DNA of 64,000 nt from Hemiscyllium ocellatum (Eukaryota), in NCBI RefSeq assembly GCF_020745735.1, contig NC_083420.1, positions 70,609,699 to 70,673,698 of the forward strand. The letters run 5' to 3'. Positions 60,640-64,000 of this stretch are shown one piece after another. The notes beneath the pieces are model-generated. The model was not told where the DNA came from. It did not search any database and saw nothing but the letters and a program-made list of their open reading frames with translations. Position 1 is the stretch's first letter. Each line of letters begins with the position of its first letter. A program made the position numbers and the translations under genes.

Positions 60640-62130
60640 GTCTTACTACTAGGAAGACTAGTCAACATGGCATGTGGTGCAGAAAGCTCCTGTGGTCATT
60701 CCCGTCTCAAACGGACTGTCCATGTCAGATGGTGTGGGGACAGGCCTGTCAGGATAAAGCAGCAACAGCCATGCCTGTGGCACAATGGTTGGCTCTCTTA
60801 CTCAGCAAGGGAGGACAGAGAAAGGGAGAGCTTTCCTGGTAGGGGCCTCGATTATAAGGGGAACTGTCACGCGGTTCTGTGGCAGGTTAAAGATGTCTCA
60901 GACATGCTGCAGGGCATGCTGAAAGAGAAGGGTGAACACCCAGCAATCATGGCATATGTTCGTACCAGGGACAGGGATAAAAAATAACAATTAAAGAGGA
61001 AAACAAATGGATTAATTTCAGTACCGCACACTGCTGAGTATACGAATAGGGAATTAAGTCACATAACCACATCGCTAAAGAGAAGGCGTACTGAAGGAAA
61101 GACTTTTGGTTTTTTGATAATTGAGAAGGATCTAAACTGGATTCCTTTCTCCTGAACCGAAATGGGTTAAATATATTTGCTGGGAGTTTTACTCGTGCTT
61201 TTGAGGATATTTAAAACTAATTTGTCATGGGGATGGGTCACATTGTAGATATGAAGTCGGGAGCAAGTTTCAGAGAGGTCCAGCAGGAATACAAGGACAA
61301 TCCACTAGGTGGAGAAAACATTCGCAGGCTAAGGAGTATAGGAGAACGAGAAACCTAAACTGTATCCATTTTAACACAAGGCATTTCACTATTCAGGTGC
61401 AGTTAACTTTGAGCATTCATCAGCATGTGGGAATAAAATATTCCATACTCTTTTCCCTATATTTCAGCCAAGGACACAGAGAAGGCTTCAGCGCAAGTGG
61501 CAACAAGAGTGATAAGGGAATGTCCGTCAATCCTGTTAATATGAACTTCCAGAAGACTTTCAGGAATGTTCCACATAATAATTATAATGAGCAATGAAAT
61601 GGCACAATAATTAAATACGTATTCAGGATCTATGTATACAAAATGCTTGCAAAAATCATAGGATTACAGCAACTTAGTTTATTTTGGCAAAATTGATGGG
61701 ATTAAAGTTCAATAAAACTGCACGTTTCAATAATCTACATACCAGAGAACTTCAGGAAGTGCCTGAAAAGTGTGGAAACATTGGTGAATATCAGCCAAGA
61801 TTCCAAAATATACGGGCCAGTTCTGACTGATTGGAGATTTGGTAATGTAAAGTCATTGTTTAAAATTGGAAAGAGGGAGAAATTTGGGACTTTGGACTGG
61901 TGATCTTCATGCTGGTATGAGGCAAAATACTTGAGTCCACTTTATGAAAAATAACAGCTGAGCTCATGGATAGCAGTGACAGGATTTGATATGGCAGCAT
62001 AGTGGATCTGGTAAGGAAGAACCACTGAACGCGGTTTATTTGGACTTTCACAACAGGTTGATAACGGAAGAACTTGCATAAAATTCGGGTTCAAGGTATT
62101 GGTGGCAATGCCCTTAAACGAATGTAGAAA
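60640..62130 (+). mobile_element. Decayed CR1 (ORF1 esterase C-terminus and ORF2 remnants)
   Basis: ORF 60610-60987 ends VKDVSDMLQGMLKEKGEHPAIMAYVRTRD, like the CR1 ORF1 SGNH domain. Confidence 0.7.
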
Positions 62131-62612
62131 GGAAACAAACAGATAGTCAATTCAATGTGATCTTGTCCCATTTTGCCAGCATTAGGGCCGTATCACCCTC
62201 AATCGATTATTTTGATAAGAAAATCCAGATGCCTTTTCAATGTTGTGTCCTTTACCAGGATCCATCCCTTTCTCTGACAGCTCGTTCCATGCGCACACAA
62301 TAGCTGCATGAATTTTTTTTCCCTTAAAGTCCCTTTCATATCATTCCCGTTTCACCTTAAATCATTGCCCTCAAGGTTTGGCCTCCCTTATCCTGGGAAA
62401 AACACCGTGGGTATTCATACTATTCATGCACCTCATTATTTTACCAAGGTCGAGAACATCTCCTCTTGGCGTCCGATGCTCCACAGTAAAGAAGCCCCAG
62501 GCTATTCGCCTCTCCCTATAGTTCAAACCCTCCAGTCCTGGCAATATCCTTCGAACTCTTTTCTGCTCTCAAGTATGACTGCAGAGTTAAACAAGTTGAA
62601 CACAGCACGTAT

Positions 62613-62890
62613 GGACGGCATGGTGACACATTGGTTAGCACTGTTAACTCACAGCGCCAGAAATCTTGGTTCAATTTCCGCTTCAGGCGACTGTCTGTGT
62701 GGAGTTTGCACATTCGCCCCGAATCTGCGTGGGTTTCCTCCCACAGTCCCAAATCTGCACGTTAGGTGAATTGGCCATGGTAAATTGCCCGTATTGTTCT
62801 GTGAAGGGTTTTCGGGGGTTGTGCTTCGGCGGGTTTGTGTGGACTTGTTGAGCTGAAGGTCCTGTTTCCACACTATAAGTAATCTAATCT
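62613..62890 (+). mobile_element. HE1-like V-SINE
   Basis: GGACGGCATGGTGACACATTGGTTAGCAC, GGTTCAATTTCC, V core and AATCT tail. Confidence 0.9.
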
Positions 62891-62894
62891 ACTT

Positions 62895-63720
62895 TATATG
62901 TGGCTTCGCTAACACCTTGCCCAGCCGCAACATGACCACCCAACTTTCGTACCCACTACACTGAGCAATAAAGGCATGCATACCTAATATCTTCTTCACC
63001 ACATTGTCTACATGCGATTCCACTTTCAAAGAATTGAAAGCCTGCACCCCTTTGTTCAAAATCATTCCCCAGGGACTAAGCATTAATTTTATAAGTCGTG
63101 TCCTACTTTACATTACCAAAATGCAACACCTGACATGTATCTAAATTTAACTTCGTCTGTCACTCCTGCTCCAAATGACCTTTTGATCATGATCCCATTG
63201 TAGTCCGAATTAACTTTAGTTGTCCACTGAAATTCAAAATTTGATGTCATCTGCAAACGTACTAGCCAGGCACACGTTCACATTCAAAACGTTTTTTGTA
63301 GATGATCAAAAGCGGTGGACTCAGCGTTGATACTTGTGGCATATCACTGGTCACAGGCCTGCAGTCTGAAAAGCAATCCTCAACCACCTCCCACCAGTCT
63401 GTCTCCTACCTTGAATCCAAAATTGAAGACAATTGGCAAGCTCATGTTGAATCTGTTTATGACCTCACCATACAAACTTGTCTGCCATGCAGATTCCTGT
63501 CAAATGCCTTGCTGAAGTCTATATGAACAACGTGTACCACGCTTCATCAATCTTCGTTGTTACCTTTTCAAAAAACGCAATTAAGTTAGTGAGACAGGTT
63601 TTCCCATGTAAACTAAGTTGAACATCCCTAATTATTTATTGATTTTGCAAATGCATGTAAATCCTATCTCACACAATTCTCTCCAATAACTTAACCCACA
63701 ATGACGTCAGGCTCACTCTT
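62895..63720 (-). mobile_element. Old CR1 RT fragment
   Basis: ORF 62889-63083 reads NSLKVESHVDNVVKK...MLRLGK. Further RT remnants run to ~63720. Confidence 0.8.
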
Positions 63721-64000
63721 CGGGTCAGTATCCTTTCCTCATCCCACACCTCCACTGCTCACAGCAAATGTTAAAATTTAATCTGGTTGGTGATATGACC
63801 AATGATATTTGTCTCGGACTGATTCAGAGTTAGGAACGAGTCAGACCGGTTTCTTTGATCTGCTGAAATGAACAAGCTTATGTCCCCAAAAATATTACTC
63901 AAAATATTATGGAAAGATGAATGACGAACAGTTTGGATATTGCAAACATGTAGACCTATGGCTCCCTTTCTTAAAACGCTGACACATGCAAACACGCACT

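Overview
Repeat-rich genomic DNA of a cartilaginous fish, probably an elasmobranch. This is inferred from HE1/V-SINEs, CR1 LINEs, Penelope-like elements and the immunoglobulin sequence. The only intact host gene I can support is a kappa-type (type III / NS4-like) immunoglobulin light-chain gene on the + strand: leader exon 42392-42440, an already joined in-frame V-J exon 42616-42951 with no RSS, and a C exon 46464-46792, giving a 237-aa ORF. Its V domain is unusual: two FR1 N-glycan sequons, a remodelled DE loop and an 11-aa CDR3. Lymphoid enhancer-like motif clusters lie 4.8 kb upstream and 3.6 kb downstream. Upstream are a GPR139/142-like GPCR pseudo-exon, an old tandem duplication of an unidentified two-exon cassette (28-33.3 kb) and about 9.6 kb of polypyrimidine DNA split by a young CR1. 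There is also a 103-bp hairpin, a decayed Gypsy element, several Penelope-like fragments with degenerate hammerhead ribozyme motifs, and a 425-nt N gap. All alignments were done by eye, and repeat boundaries are approximate.
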